Assembly (NCBI RefSeq): GCF_018977255.1
Contig: NW_024704743.1
Coordinates: 48,858,001-48,922,000 of the forward strand
Source of the DNA: Callorhinchus milii
Lineage: Eukaryota
Direction of reading: 5' to 3'
DNA length: 64,000 nucleotides
Shown here: one piece after another, positions 52,181-64,000 of the stretch
Position numbering within the stretch: the stretch's first letter is position 1
Layout: each line of letters opens with the position of its first letter
Notes under the pieces: model-generated
Database searches by the model: none
What the model saw: only the letters and a program-made list of their open reading frames with translations
Told to the model about the DNA's origin: nothing
Program-made: the position numbers and the translations under genes

Positions 52181-54704
52181 ATACTTTTGAGGTTGCTTTT
52201 AGCTGTCTCTTGTGTGCATTTTTCAAAGTAAGTTTATTGGTAGATAACTTTGCTAAATACTATAGCTAGTTAGTGCTAAAGATCCTGGTGTTGATTTGTC
52301 ATTTAATCTTGGCCTGCTGCCTAACTCTGAAATTTCCCATTGCTGTGAATGCAGGAAGCATAGGAGTTACAGAGTCTATCTCAGTGTTCACAAGGTGACA
52401 TGATGTTATCGCTGTTATATGTCCCCAAATGACATCTATTGTGGTTCCCATGAATATCTGTGCCTTGTCAACAGAAAGAAAACATCATGTTTTTAACACC
52501 TAGCTTCAGTGCCTGAAGCTATAAATTACTGTAATTTCAAGATGGCATTGCTTTGTAAATTGGGCCAATAGGTCAAGTTATTTATTATCTTTGTATTATT
52601 CCAGAAAAAGATGTGATGATGGGTAAATGCACAGGAGAGAAGTAAATCTTAAATGAATTGTGTTGGATTAATTATGCTTATTTGTGTGAATCTTAGTTGA
52701 CAGCCTGAAAACTGTAGTGTTCGTTTACTCTGAATACATTGCATTATTCCTAGTATCTCTGTGCACTTCACTGAACAATAATTTGCTGCTCTTGTTGCAT
52801 TGTTACTTGCAGGGATTCCACTGCAAACAGACTAAATTAAATGACAAATTCCACAAAGTGAGAAATTAATGCAGTGAACTATGCCATACTGAAAAATACA
52901 AGTTCGGTAATAACCCTTTCATTGAAATAACCTCATCAGCAAATTTGGAAACCAATGGAAATAATAAAGGTCAACAAATGTTTGATGAAACAAAGCAAAA
53001 TAAGATCAATGTCAGCTTCCTGTTTAACTTTGATAATAGTTTGGAATAGTACTCTTCTCAGTTAAAATAAATCTCTTGTGCTATTTTTATGTTAGTGCAC
53101 ATCTAATTATTTGCAACAAAAACAACAATGTTTGATTTTAATGCACTATCATGCTTCTAGTGGGGTCTGTATCAGGTTGAAATTAGTTCAGGGCAGTTTT
53201 CCATGGAAGGGCAATTTGCAGCAGTTTATGGATTCTTGACATTCATCTTCACTATGAAACGTGCACAGGAAGGCATCTAGAAAGTGTACGAGATATCTGC
53301 AGATTTTCTAGTTGGATGTTTAGAAACTTCATCTATTGCATAAAAAATATCCAGTCTCTGCAATAACATCACGAGCAACTTGCACTTATTCAGCACCTTC
53401 AAACACAGTATTAACAAATAACTAATGTATAAATACAAACTAATTGTTTGTGGTTTTTAAATCAGATCTTAAAGCCCATGATTGCCCCTGTATTTAATCA
53501 GTAGTAGTATAATCATACTAATTCATAATTTTTAAATCCTAAAGCGCTCTCATTGTTATGGTTCCGTGATTCTGTGTAAATATTATCCTCGTGGATAGGA
53601 TGTGGTCAGGACTGAAATAGTATAAGCAAAGAAAGTAGGTTGGATCACATTCCCCCTTTTGAACAAAACTGTGCCAGTTTTTCACAGTGCAACATGTTGA
53701 ATCAAGTCTTTAACAGAAATGACTGAGTCTCACTCAAAGCAAGTGAACCTTTGCAAGTCTGGTTTACTGAAACTTCAGCAAATGCAATATCCAGAAAAGT
53801 GGTGCTTGAAACCGACAGAGTATGAAATGTAGAGATCCTTGCACTGCACCCACTCCAGTGGAATGCAGAATGCAAACTGTGTTTAACAAACAAATCCTTT
53901 GTTCCATTTAATTCTCTGTGAATGCTTTAAGCTGTGCATGAAAACTGATGTGACACAAATCCCAGACACACGTTTGTAACACTGATATTTTCACAGTGTA
54001 AATAGTGTATCAGTGGATTGACATTGCAGTCAACATCTGCCTAATGCCAATGTGCTGCTAAAACAGCTAAAGCCAACAACAGTTTTTATTTTAAAAACGG
54101 TGCAGTTTCATTTGTTTACTTTTCCTCTGTGTTCACACCGTTAACCAAACACACTTGCAGCGTGCCAGGGTTTGAAATTCGGATTTTATTTCACTCATAT
54201 TTCTGCAGTCTCTCTTGCTCAGGAAGTTAAACACGGCTTCTGCTGACTGATGTATAATATTCTTGAAGGATATAAATCACCGTACCTGGCTAGGAAATGA
54301 AACATGTTCTATAATGGTTTCATTGGCAAGATGTGATCTTAAGTTGCCTGTGCAAGTCTTGTACATTGTATAAGTCATCTACTGTTTCAGGGCCTTGTTA
54401 CAAGATGTCAAATTCTGTTTATTATTTTTAAATGGTTTCTAACACTCGTGTCCAGCAGTATTTGAAGAAGAATTTTCACTTGCTTTACAAGGAGTTATTT
54501 TCAGGCTACTTCAGTTAAGAAAAAGAACCCCCTTCCCCCACCCCCCACAAAAAAATTAATCCAATTCTTGATGATCTTCTGAAATTTTTTATGCAAAGAA
54601 AAATCACCTGTAGAAAAGCAGAAATGAATTTGAAACAATTTTACATTGGAAACAGAGCTAAATGTTATTCTATTCTGAAATCCTTTTGATCCACAGGATC
54701 ATAT

Positions 54705-54957
54705 TAGAAACAAAGGAAAACAGGAACAGGAGGAAGCCATTCAATCCATTGAGCCTTTTCCAGTCGTTCCACCAAATCTTATCAGATCTTTTAATCCTAA
54801 TCCCTTGCCCTTTTACCATACCCCTTAATGCATCTACTAATATCTGTCTAACTCTCTTTCAAATATCCTAAATGATTCTGGAGCAGCTTTCTGGAGTACA
54901 GTATTCCACATCTTCAAAACCCTCCGTGTGAACAAAAGGTTTCTGACCTCAGTTCTA
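54705..54957 (-). mobile_element. CR1 3' end (resumes after the L2 insertion at about 55405-55460)
   Basis: caggaacaggaggaagccattcaatcc...tattccacatcttcaaaaccctccgtgtgaacaaa. Confidence 0.75.
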
Positions 54958-55404
54958 CAACAACAACTTGGCTTTACTTAGTACCCTTCACTCAGAGCGC
55001 TTAACAGTGACGCCGAGCTGGGGGGAGCACAGTCGAAAAGAAAAGTCTTAGACGTGATCTGAAAATGGGGAAGGAGGGGCAAGGCAGAAGGATTGAGGGA
55101 GAGAATTCCAAAGTTTTGGGGTGTAGTGGCTGAAAGCACAGCCATCGATGGTGGAGCGGAGATGACAAGGAACAAGCAAGGGGCTGGAGCCAGCCAGGCA
55201 GAGGCGTTGGGTGGTGAGTTGGGGAGTAAGCAGGTCGGAGAGGTGAGGAGGTGCCAGGGCACAAAGGGATGTATAGATGAGAATCTTGAAGCCGATCCGT
55301 GCTGTGATAGGGAGCCAGTGTAGCTGGCGAGTACTGGTGTGATGGAGATATGGAGTTCAGAGCTGGTGAGTATACTAGCAGCAGAGTTTTGAATTAGTTA
55401 TGTT
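54958..55404 (-). mobile_element. L2 LINE 3' end nested in CR1
   Basis: (CAA)n tail at the left end; minus-strand frames resemble the L2 C-terminus (aaactttggaattctctccc, 'KTFLFD'). Confidence 0.85.
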
Positions 55405-56339
55405 AGTTCTAATTTTAACCTATACATCTTTGTAGTGGATCCCCTGCCAGATGAAAGAATCATGCACCATATTATGGAGTGGAAACAGTATAGTAAGTAC
55501 AACAGAGGTTAAAGTTTGTTTTATTTCATCAATACATAAATACATTGGTATGTGACTGAAACACACTAATTCGCATAATTCCTCAGGAGTGGGACTGTGG
55601 TCTATGAGGTTATGTGATGACAGGTAATCAATCGTTTGCTTTTTTTTAATGTTTTCCTCTTTTAATTTTAACCCCTCATCTCCTCTCCAGCTGAGCCATG
55701 ATTCATACAGGAGAAAGGTTTCAACAATTGCAGTGTATTCTCCACCGCCTCTCCCGAGTGGCCATTATTTGAATGTAAGCCTGGACCGAGGGTTCAGAAA
55801 TACTGCAGTCTCAATAGAATTCATGAAAGAGTTCATAAATATTGAATCCTGCCAGTAACTGGATGTGCAACATGCTGATACTGCTTCACTCTGATACAAC
55901 CAGAAGGAAATTGGGTTAGATTCCAGCTCCTGTGGATTAGAAGTGGTACCAGCAGGATTCAATATTTACTAATCCTCTGCAAATCCTACTGTGAATACTG
56001 CAATTTAGACTTCATTCATGCATCACTGCACCAACAGGAACTAGATAGCCTCCAAGTTAGCCACATTGAGCACTAAATTTACCCACAGAATCTCTGGGGC
56101 AATAAACACCACAATTTGTTAATTGGTTAGATGAAATGTTATTGTGACCGGAATTTTTTTCACCTGAAGTGCAATCTCTACCAAAATTTCTCAGTTTTAA
56201 ACTAAAAAAACATAGAAAAACCATCCCAACTTTTATCACCAGTAAAGACGAAAATCCGATGACTTTTCCACAGTGAATGCAAGAAAGAAAGACTTACATT
56301 TTGATACCAGTTTATACATTGTGAACTAAGTTTACAGTC

Positions 56340-56648
56340 TAAGTTGACTCTCAGTGCTGGGAAAGCAGTGAGGTTTTGGAGATGCCATCCTGCAGATGTG
56401 GCTTTGAGCCGAGAATCCATCTGCCTGGATAGGTGGATGCTGAGCATCCAGTTACACTATTTAAAAAGAGAAGGGTGTTTTTCCTGGTGTCCTGATCAAC
56501 GATCCTCCAGATAAATTAGTCATTCACTTCACAGCTTCTTGATTAACCTGCAGTTCGCAAATGGGCTGATAAGTTTGCCTAAACATATATAGTCACTACA
56601 TATGGCAACAACTACCTGTGAAGTGTTTTGATAGATTTCAATGTTCTA
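56340..56648 (+). mobile_element. older DeuSINE running into a tail-derived minisatellite
   Basis: gatgccatcctgcagatg...cactatttaaaaagagaagggtgtttttcctggtgtcctgatcaac...cgcaaatgggctg...gtgaagtgttttg. Confidence 0.8.
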
Positions 56649-56912
56649 GGTACTGTAATACAAGCATCATTAGGTACTATAATACAAGCAATATTATTAG
56701 GTACTATAATACAAACATTATTATTAGATACTATAATACAAGCATTATTATTAGGTACTGTAATACAGACATTATTATTAGGTACTATAATACAAGCATT
56801 ATTATTAGGTACTACAATACACGCATTATTATTAGGTACTATAATACAAGCAGTATTATTAGGTACTATCATACAAGCATTATTAGGTACTATAATACAA
56901 GCATTATTATTA
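56649..56912 (+). repeat. 27-bp minisatellite (GGTACTATAATACAAGCATTATTATTA) x10
   Basis: Ten units counted directly; units 1 and 9 are 24 bp. Confidence 0.95.
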
Positions 56913-57072
56913 GCTGCAATGGTTCAATGCAGACTGTGAATTGGCAAAGTCGTTTCACAATTCCACATAACAGAAATACAGTCTCTGTGCTCAGTTAAAG
57001 TTGTTAAATAGCAAAAGTAAAAAAGTAAATTAAATTCCAGTTAAAGTTATTTTTAAAAATGCAAAGACCTAA

Positions 57073-57164
57073 TGCCATGTTTTATAGCACCACAAGAGGG
57101 CGTATGTTGGCCAACACAACCAATGCTTTGCTGCAGTTTTCCATCTGTGGCACCAGGTGGCAGA
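57073..57164 (+). promoter_or_regulatory. tandem pair of putative CTCF sites
   Basis: CCACAAGAGGGCG (57090-57102) and GCACCAGGTGGCAG (57150-57163), each 12-13 nt downstream of TGCCA or TGCAG. Motif evidence only. Confidence 0.55.
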
Positions 57165-57547
57165 GATACCTCATTTTATTTGAGCAATCCAGGTTAAAGT
57201 CCACAGCTTTAATTTGTCCATTAAAGTTTTAAGAACCATTTTTTTCTCTGTAAGATTATTTATGACTGTTTGTCGCATTTTGCATTTTTAACATCACACA
57301 GAACCTCACATAAGTTATACCTAGCATGCTCAGACACTTCTAATTGGGTTGAGTTTTTCAGACTTGTTTGCATTACTGTATTCCATTTGCATGAAGAGCC
57401 ATGTCTTGGGGAGATTTACGTGTCAAGGTCTTCTCATAACAGATTGCTGTGGTTATGCAGTCGCAATTGAAGCTGCTTTGATAATAAGAATGTGGAGCAG
57501 GAAACAAGGTTTACACCGCATACTCCAAATCAGGCTGTGTGAAAGTA

Positions 57548-57725
57548 CAATAATAATAATCCTTACATTTGATAATAATAATAATCCTTGAATTTGATAA
57601 TAATAATAATCCTTGCATTTGATATAGCGCCTTATCAAATCTTCAAGATGTCTCAAAGTGATTCACAAGATATGCTGTAAAAGTAGATTAACTCTATACT
57701 GTGGACGAAATGCGGCAGCCAATTA
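57548..57725 (-). mobile_element. young SINE 3' part with triplicated tail
   Basis: Three tandem copies of (aat)n-ccttrma-tttg followed by atatagcgcc. Confidence 0.9.
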
Positions 57726-57891
57726 ATAAAACATCTGATTTGTGAGTTTTCCACATTTATGGAACACCAAAACATCAGTCTTGAGATTGGCCTTTTAACG
57801 ACAACAAATGCAATTGTTTTGAGAGTTTTCAAAGAAGCACTCGTGCATTTACACTTTGATTCACATTGCGTCCGAAACAACCTACTCCACA

Positions 57892-58129
57892 GGCCCTAAA
57901 TTCCACCTAGTCTTAGTCTGCAAGAACATTTTTTGTCATAAACTTTAAGATAATGCAGAATTGTGGAAAATTCTTAAGATCAACCTTAATTTGAAAGCCG
58001 GGCCTTTTAAGAACTACAGAAGACTGGTTTCCAAATTGAGAATGAATTTTAAGAATTTTCTGTAGTTTGGTGCGATTGAAATTTGAAGGCAAAATGATTT
58101 TACAGCCTAAGACAGTGCCATTTTAGGCC
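57892..58129. mobile_element. fold-back / MITE-like palindromic element
   Basis: Left arm ggccctaaatt..agtcttagtctgcaa..gaaaattcttaagatcaaccttaatttgaaagcc; right arm reverse complement ggcctaaaat..tgtcttaggctgtaa..gaaaattcttaaaattcattctcaatttggaaacc. Confidence 0.8.
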
Positions 58130-58310
58130 ACAAGTGCACCAGTAAAAATATGAAGGTAGAGTCCTTAAAATCACACCTTATCAACAGAAAACATCCTTCA
58201 AACAGAAGTCCAAAATAATCAAAACAGTTTTAATAGCTAGCTGTAATTTTTTTGTGTTTTTGATATTTCTAAAAGGGTTAGAGGTACAAATTGTGAGGGT
58301 TTCTTTAACA

Positions 58311-58698
58311 GGAGTCTTGTAGTTGAGTGGTTAGAGTGCACACCTCGCAAGCGAGAGGACCTGGGTTCGATTCCTGGCAGGGTGAAACGTTGGGCAAATT
58401 TCCTTACTCCACATGCCCATGTTTCCCTAGCAGTAAATAGGTACCTGGTTGTAAGTCAATTAGCAGATTGCTTTTCCGGGGATAATAATCCGTTCAAAAT
58501 ATGTCAATAAATAATAATAATTTGGTCACTCAATCCACGACTGTTTGTGGGACACTGCTGTGTGTAATTAGCTGCTGCGTTTTGCACACAAAACTATACA
58601 GACAATTCACTTTACAGTATATTCTGCGAAGCGCTTTGAGACATCTTGAAAACATGAAAAGGCGCTATTTGAAATCCAAGTATTATGTTATCATTATT
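58311..58698 (+). mobile_element. young tRNA-Ala SINE, full-length
   Basis: ggagtcttgtagttgagtggttagag..cctcgcaagcgag..ggttcgattcc, with complete body and tail. Confidence 0.93.
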
Positions 58699-60419
58699 CC
58701 AAGGTTTCCCATAAAAAATAAACACTGTTGAATAGAACAATGAGGAGGAGAATGGCCTGCTTTGACTTGTTTGTTGTTGTATCAAAATACTCTTGAAACC
58801 ACATTATACATTAATTCCAATGGATAGTATAAGTGCAGCATTAGAGCAATTTCATAAAGTATCACAGTACATTTGTACATAATGTACAGAGTTTGTGCAT
58901 CAGAGAACAGTGGCTTTGTGCTAAAGTAAACGTGAATTGTTCTAGATGTGCCCTGAAATTAAATTGCAATCATATGAAGGGAAATTCTGCTCCCACTTTG
59001 GGTGATGCTATTATGTTATTATTCTCCCATTATGTGGAAGGCAGGCAGCCTGTTGCCAATATCGACCTGTCGTTCAGGGAGAAAAAAANTCACTGATCTC
59101 CACTGAGTTGTCAAGCACAACACTGAGCATTCCATAGTGCGCAAGTGGCTGACACAGAGTGATACTGATGGTGACCATATTAAAGGCAATGGTCACTCAC
59201 CTTTACTCTCAGCCTTAATTTAAGTGCAGGCGCTGTTTGTTCCTTGGAATTACATTTGTTCCTTGAAAAAAAAGGAACATGGACGAGAGAAAGGGCAAAC
59301 CCGCACGTTTATACTGTGAATAAACTGCTCCTAAATCTATGTTTGCCAAAGGCCAGTACTCCCTGTTCCTAGCCTAATAGACAGTTTTATCTTAAAACTA
59401 GTCTAGTTAATTTGTGAAACATTTTGTAGTTACTCTACTTGTACTGGTCATCTGTTCTGCATGCCTATCACACTTTTATTAACAAAATTCTCAGGCACTT
59501 CATGTTCGCTTTTGTTTTCAATATATTAAGAATATGAATATGCTCTGTTAATAAGTTAGTCAATATTTATTTTAGACATAAAAGTGCATCACTTATTTTT
59601 CTTTAACTAAAAACTAAAGTTAAATAAGGATAAGAGTTCAATATAAAACATTCTTTTTCAAACACAATATTCAGAGTTTAACGGTACCTGGACAAAATAA
59701 AATGGGAACTTGTACAATATAAGCTGTGGAAGTATAGGCAAACAATTATTCATGTCTGAAGTTGAATATTGATTGATTAATTCATTATGTATTTATTTCA
59801 CCTCCCAGTGTTCTATGGAAAGACCCCTCCAATTGTGGATGTTATAGATTTTTTAAATAAAAATTCCCATTAAAATTTAAAATTACATTTTAAAAATGAT
59901 ACTCATTTGAAAAGTGCCTGTTCAGTCATTCGGGTTTATTCCTTCCCTGGTTCATGCTGCATTCCTCCATAAATTTAAATTTTAATAAACATAAAATTCA
60001 ATAGTGCTCACGATAATACTTTAACTCTGAAGACAATTGTGATTTCACTTGTTTCATTTTGGAGGTATTAATATCTAAAGTCTGATAAACTGTAATTGTC
60101 AAGTCTCTTTGCTGAAGACTTGAGATATTCATATAATGAAACCAAATCAAATCCACTGTCAACCCTTTACTTTACTTTCAGAGGCACTGAAGACCATTGC
60201 ATCTTTCAACCTCTGGTCATGTTTTCTTTACAATCACAGCTGCAGGAATGAATTTCTGTCAATGTCCACGGAATGATATGAAACAGAATTGGAAAAAAAA
60301 GACCAAATCTAAAACATTATGTCTTAAAATTCAATTCATTCTCAAAATTAACTTAAGTCTTGCAATCTTCTTCCATATTTTGTTGTTGATTTTAACAGTG
60401 ATGTTGTAAACATTGTGAA

Positions 60420-60750
60420 GCAGGAGCGGACCATCGATCCTTGTAACCTACCGATTCCATTTCCCACAAGACTAAACATCTCTGAATCGAATAAGTATGA
60501 ATCCTTTTACTTGACGTGCACTTGTCTAGTTCATTTTTAAAACCTTTTGTAGTTTTGTGGTTCCACCACCTGTGCTTGTAGTCTGTTCCTCATGCCAATC
60601 ACCCTTTTACTAAAAACATATTTTCGACACTTCATGTTCTCGTTTGTAGTCCATATTCTGAGGATGTAACTCCCTTAATCTGGAATTTTGCATGCAGCCA
60701 AAAAGCCTATCTGAATCCAAATTTCCAAACCCTTCATAATTCTTTGGCAT
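60420..60750 (-). mobile_element. old CR1 3' fragment
   Basis: caggagcggaccatcgatcc...tagtctgttcctcatgccaatcaccctttt...cccttcataatt. Confidence 0.55.
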
Positions 60751-60890
60751 AGAAATCCTTCTGCGGCCTTCCAGAGGTTAAGGGGACATGATGACATTTA
60801 AAATAAAACTATTTATTTGCAATGTAAAAGATGATATATTTATATATATATATCTTGATATATTAATATATATTGCTGCATAATTTTTTT

Positions 60891-61247
60891 GTAGTGCTTA
60901 GTGGTTAGAGCACTCACCTTACAAGTGAGAGACCTGGGTTCGATTCCTGGCAGGGTGAAATGTTGGGCAAGTTTCCTTACTCCACACTCGTCTGCTTACC
61001 TAGTAGTAAGTAGGAACCTGGTTGTTAGTCAATTGGCGGATTGCTTTTCTGGGGATAATAATTCCTTAAAAAAATAATTTGGTCACTCAATCAATGACTG
61101 TCTGTGGGACACTGCTGTGCGCAATTGGCTGATGCGTTTCGCCCACAAGTATACAGTCAATTCACTTTACAGTATATTCTGTGAAGGGCTTTGAGAAGTC
61201 TGGAAGATGTGAAAAGCGCTATGTCAAATGTGAGGATTATTATTATT
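60891..61247 (+). mobile_element. young tRNA-Ala SINE, near full-length
   Basis: agtggttagagcactc...ggttcgattcctggcagggtgaaatgttgggcaagtttccttactcc...ggattattattatt. Confidence 0.93.
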
Positions 61248-62864
61248 AATATGATTACTTGGAAACAATAAAAATTCCAGTGTAACTATTAATAGGGAAA
61301 TGAGAGTTGAGGAAAACACAAGTTTCAGCCAAATGCCTCAGTGTGTCTGAAGTCTCTTTTTCCAGCATAACATAAGCTATTGCAGAATGTCAATTATTAA
61401 CAACACTAGATGGATTTGAAACCATAATGGAAGAAAGTGGTTTCAATTTAAATGCATGATGATCTCCAAAAGGAAATAGAGTCAAAAGCTGTGAATCTGA
61501 CTCGCTGTTATGACTAGCAAACCAGGCACTGGATTCATTTGATTCTGGGTGGATACGAACATAAATAAAATGATAACAGAAATTATTACCCAATATTCTA
61601 TTGGCCGCATAATATACTCTCAGTCAGTCATACTCAGTGTGATTGCATCAAGTCACAGAGAAGATGAAGCCACAAGCATGGAGCTGGGCAATGCAAACAC
61701 AAGGTTTCCTGTACTAAACAACACAAGTTTCCCCAGCAAGTACACTCCAGTCAACATTTGGCACTCCATTCAAATAGATCCTGTAGTCCAAACCATACCA
61801 GCAGCGTAATATTTTTTCGCTGTCTTTCTATGGTATCTTGAAATGATGATGTACTGCATCACCTTAATCTACAGCAACCCATTTGTACCACTGTTGTTTA
61901 GCCTATTATTCGCATGCCTTTCTGTTTCTATTTGATGGCACAAACAAAAAGCATACCAGGGAGATTATAATTATAATATTTAACCAAAGGGCTTGTATGC
62001 TCATACAGCCTTATTTTCGAACTTTGTGAAGTAAATAATGCGAAGCTATATTTAGCTCTCAGCTGGTTCAGATCGGGCTGATCGGATCTCATCTAAGACA
62101 CTGAAGCCAAGATTAATATGTTCATTATCATCATATTAAGGGATTGTCGTTAGCAATTAAATTGACCTTTAAGAGCTGTTTAAATCCACCTATCTTTCTG
62201 ATTACTGTAACATTTTAGACCTGATTCAATAAAAGTATTTGCTTTCTCCTGCTCATTTGCCTCATGAGTATGTTGTTATAAGTCTGTTTTCTCACTGAGA
62301 TTTTTTAATTATCTATCCAACTACCCTGGCCAATTTGGGTGGGGTGGAGGAGGTGTGGAGGAGGGACTTGATTTCATTTTGAAATTCTCCTTTACCATTG
62401 TAAGTAGTAGGTTAAATAATCCTTGCATTTTTGGATAGGGAACCTTTCACATCAGAATGATGTCCCAAAGCGCTTCCCAGGATTTACCTTAACTGTAGAG
62501 ACTGTGTGTTTTTTAGGTTAGTACATTTGGAATAATATTGTTTTTCTCTTTGTCTTAGTTTCATAAAACATAGTTCCTGGAATACTGTTCTGAAGGTGCT
62601 GACTTGCAGCTACACGGATGCACATAGTATTCCCATTTTACGTTATGGTCAATTATTAGAGAACAAAGAGCTTTTATTATATCCTGATATATCCTTATCC
62701 TCATGTTATATTTTAATCCTCAACTACTCTACCAAAAAACGCTTGTGTCTCCTCTCTTTCTCTGCCTGCCTCAGTTCATTAGCTGAGTAGCGTGAAAGCA
62801 CTTCGGGCATCTCAGTGTGTGCTCTTAGAAGGCATATGCAGTTATTCCGTTTATATCATAATGT

Positions 62865-63015
62865 TTCTTTGCATTTGATATGCAGCCTACAACATTGACA
62901 AAGCACTTCACAAACATTCTGTAAAGTGTAGTGATTGTATTTGTAGGCAAATTATGTGGCTGGTTTATGGGATGGCAATGTCCCACAAACAGCAATGAAG
63001 TGAAACTATGACCAT
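62865..63015 (-). mobile_element. Deu-type SINE 3' half
   Basis: ttgcatttgatatg..aaagcacttcaca..gtcccacaaacagcaatgaagtgaa. Confidence 0.75.
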
Positions 63016-63634
63016 TTTTGATCTGAAGGTTTAGCTGTATTATTCCTGCATTGTTTTTTCTTGAAGCCTTACTATAATAAAATGAAATATACTTGAATAC
63101 GTGGCTGCCAAAGAGCCCTCACAAGGCTATGCAATTCAGGTCCTATGTTAAATCACCACTTATATCCCTGGGCCTATGCCAAATTGCTTCAACCTCCTAA
63201 CCACCTGTGCTGTATGCTCAACAGAAAACAATCAAGTCTACATTCCCCAGCTCCCAAAAGCAGCTGCCATTGTATTATGTAAAGTAACAAATATCTATGA
63301 GTTAGTCTGTAATGTAATGCAGCGTTAGCATGTAGATGAGCTCGCAAACAGCTTGAGCTTCACGCTCATGATTTGTAGAACCATCTAAACCTCTTGATCA
63401 ACTACCTCTCAGGGTATCTATTATTCTATATGTAAGGAAAGCACAACCTCATTACTGTGCTGACACTTATTATGCCTGGCAATGTTACATTTGCAATGGA
63501 TTTTGATGCTGCATTTTCTAACACTGTCAGTCCTTATCTTACTGAATATCTTTTGCTGTATTCAAATAATGTCCTTATTTGTATTTTACAATGGAGCACC
63601 CATGTGAAGGATAGCTGGTAAAATAAACATGTCA

Positions 63635-63845
63635 GGCCTGAAATTTTTCAGTCTCTCAGTCTCACTGCCGTTGTCTTAAAGTGCATAATTTGAAAAGATT
63701 CTTGAAATCAATCTTGATTTAGATGAAAGTTTTCTGCAATTCTTTTTGGGAACTGCAGTAAAATGACTTCCAAATTAAGATGTTTCCAAACATCTGCAAA
63801 AGTTTAAAATGGTCTTAAGGCTAAGACTATTGAAATTTTCAGGGT
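63635..63845. mobile_element. second copy of the fold-back / MITE-like family
   Basis: Ends ggcctgaaatt and aattttcaggg; inner attcttgaaatcaatcttgattt and ttccaaattaaga resemble 57892-58129. Confidence 0.65.
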
Positions 63846-64000
63846 TCACATTTCCCTCAATATAACTTCTTATGCAGTTCATAAATTATACTCTGCTTAT
63901 TTCAAGAAGGTATTCCTAGTGCTGAACTTTGTGAGGTAGACTGAATGTTAATTCACTGAACCATTTCTTCATTTGGACTGTTCTGTGAATATAGTGAAAA

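Noticed and set aside
56612..56998. Repetitive ORFs (IIRYYNTS, LLGTIIQA, VPNNNACI) resembling a repeat protein or a CRISPR-like array
   Set aside because: A head-to-tail 27/24-bp minisatellite with no unique spacers; frames stay open only because unit lengths are multiples of 3.
62078..62112. 5S rRNA-like stretch (gatctcatct..gaagccaag)
   Set aside because: Too short and too diverged to distinguish from chance.

Overview
AT-rich, CpG-poor vertebrate DNA dominated by retroposons, with no protein-coding host exon that I can recognise. It reads as intergenic or deep intronic sequence. The repeat content (tRNA/Deu-domain SINEs with L2-type tails, CR1 and L2 LINE remnants, LF-SINE-like copies) points to a cartilaginous fish, probably a holocephalan such as the elephant shark; this is an inference. 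Nearly all ORFs in the track are chance ORFs or decayed LINE ORF2 pieces. The most notable elements are: a CpG-decayed 28S rRNA 3' fragment fused to a chain of four hairpins (about 29.9-30.5 kb); a young chimeric tRNA-Ala SINE whose middle segment resembles decapod crustacean SINEs as I recall them; two LF-SINE-like copies; an unassigned ~200-bp repeat with a fixed 5' end; fold-back elements; SINE tails expanded into minisatellites; and a tandem pair of CTCF motifs. No new protein-based system is supported. Family names are from memory and need a Dfam/RepBase check. Repeat boundaries are approximate.
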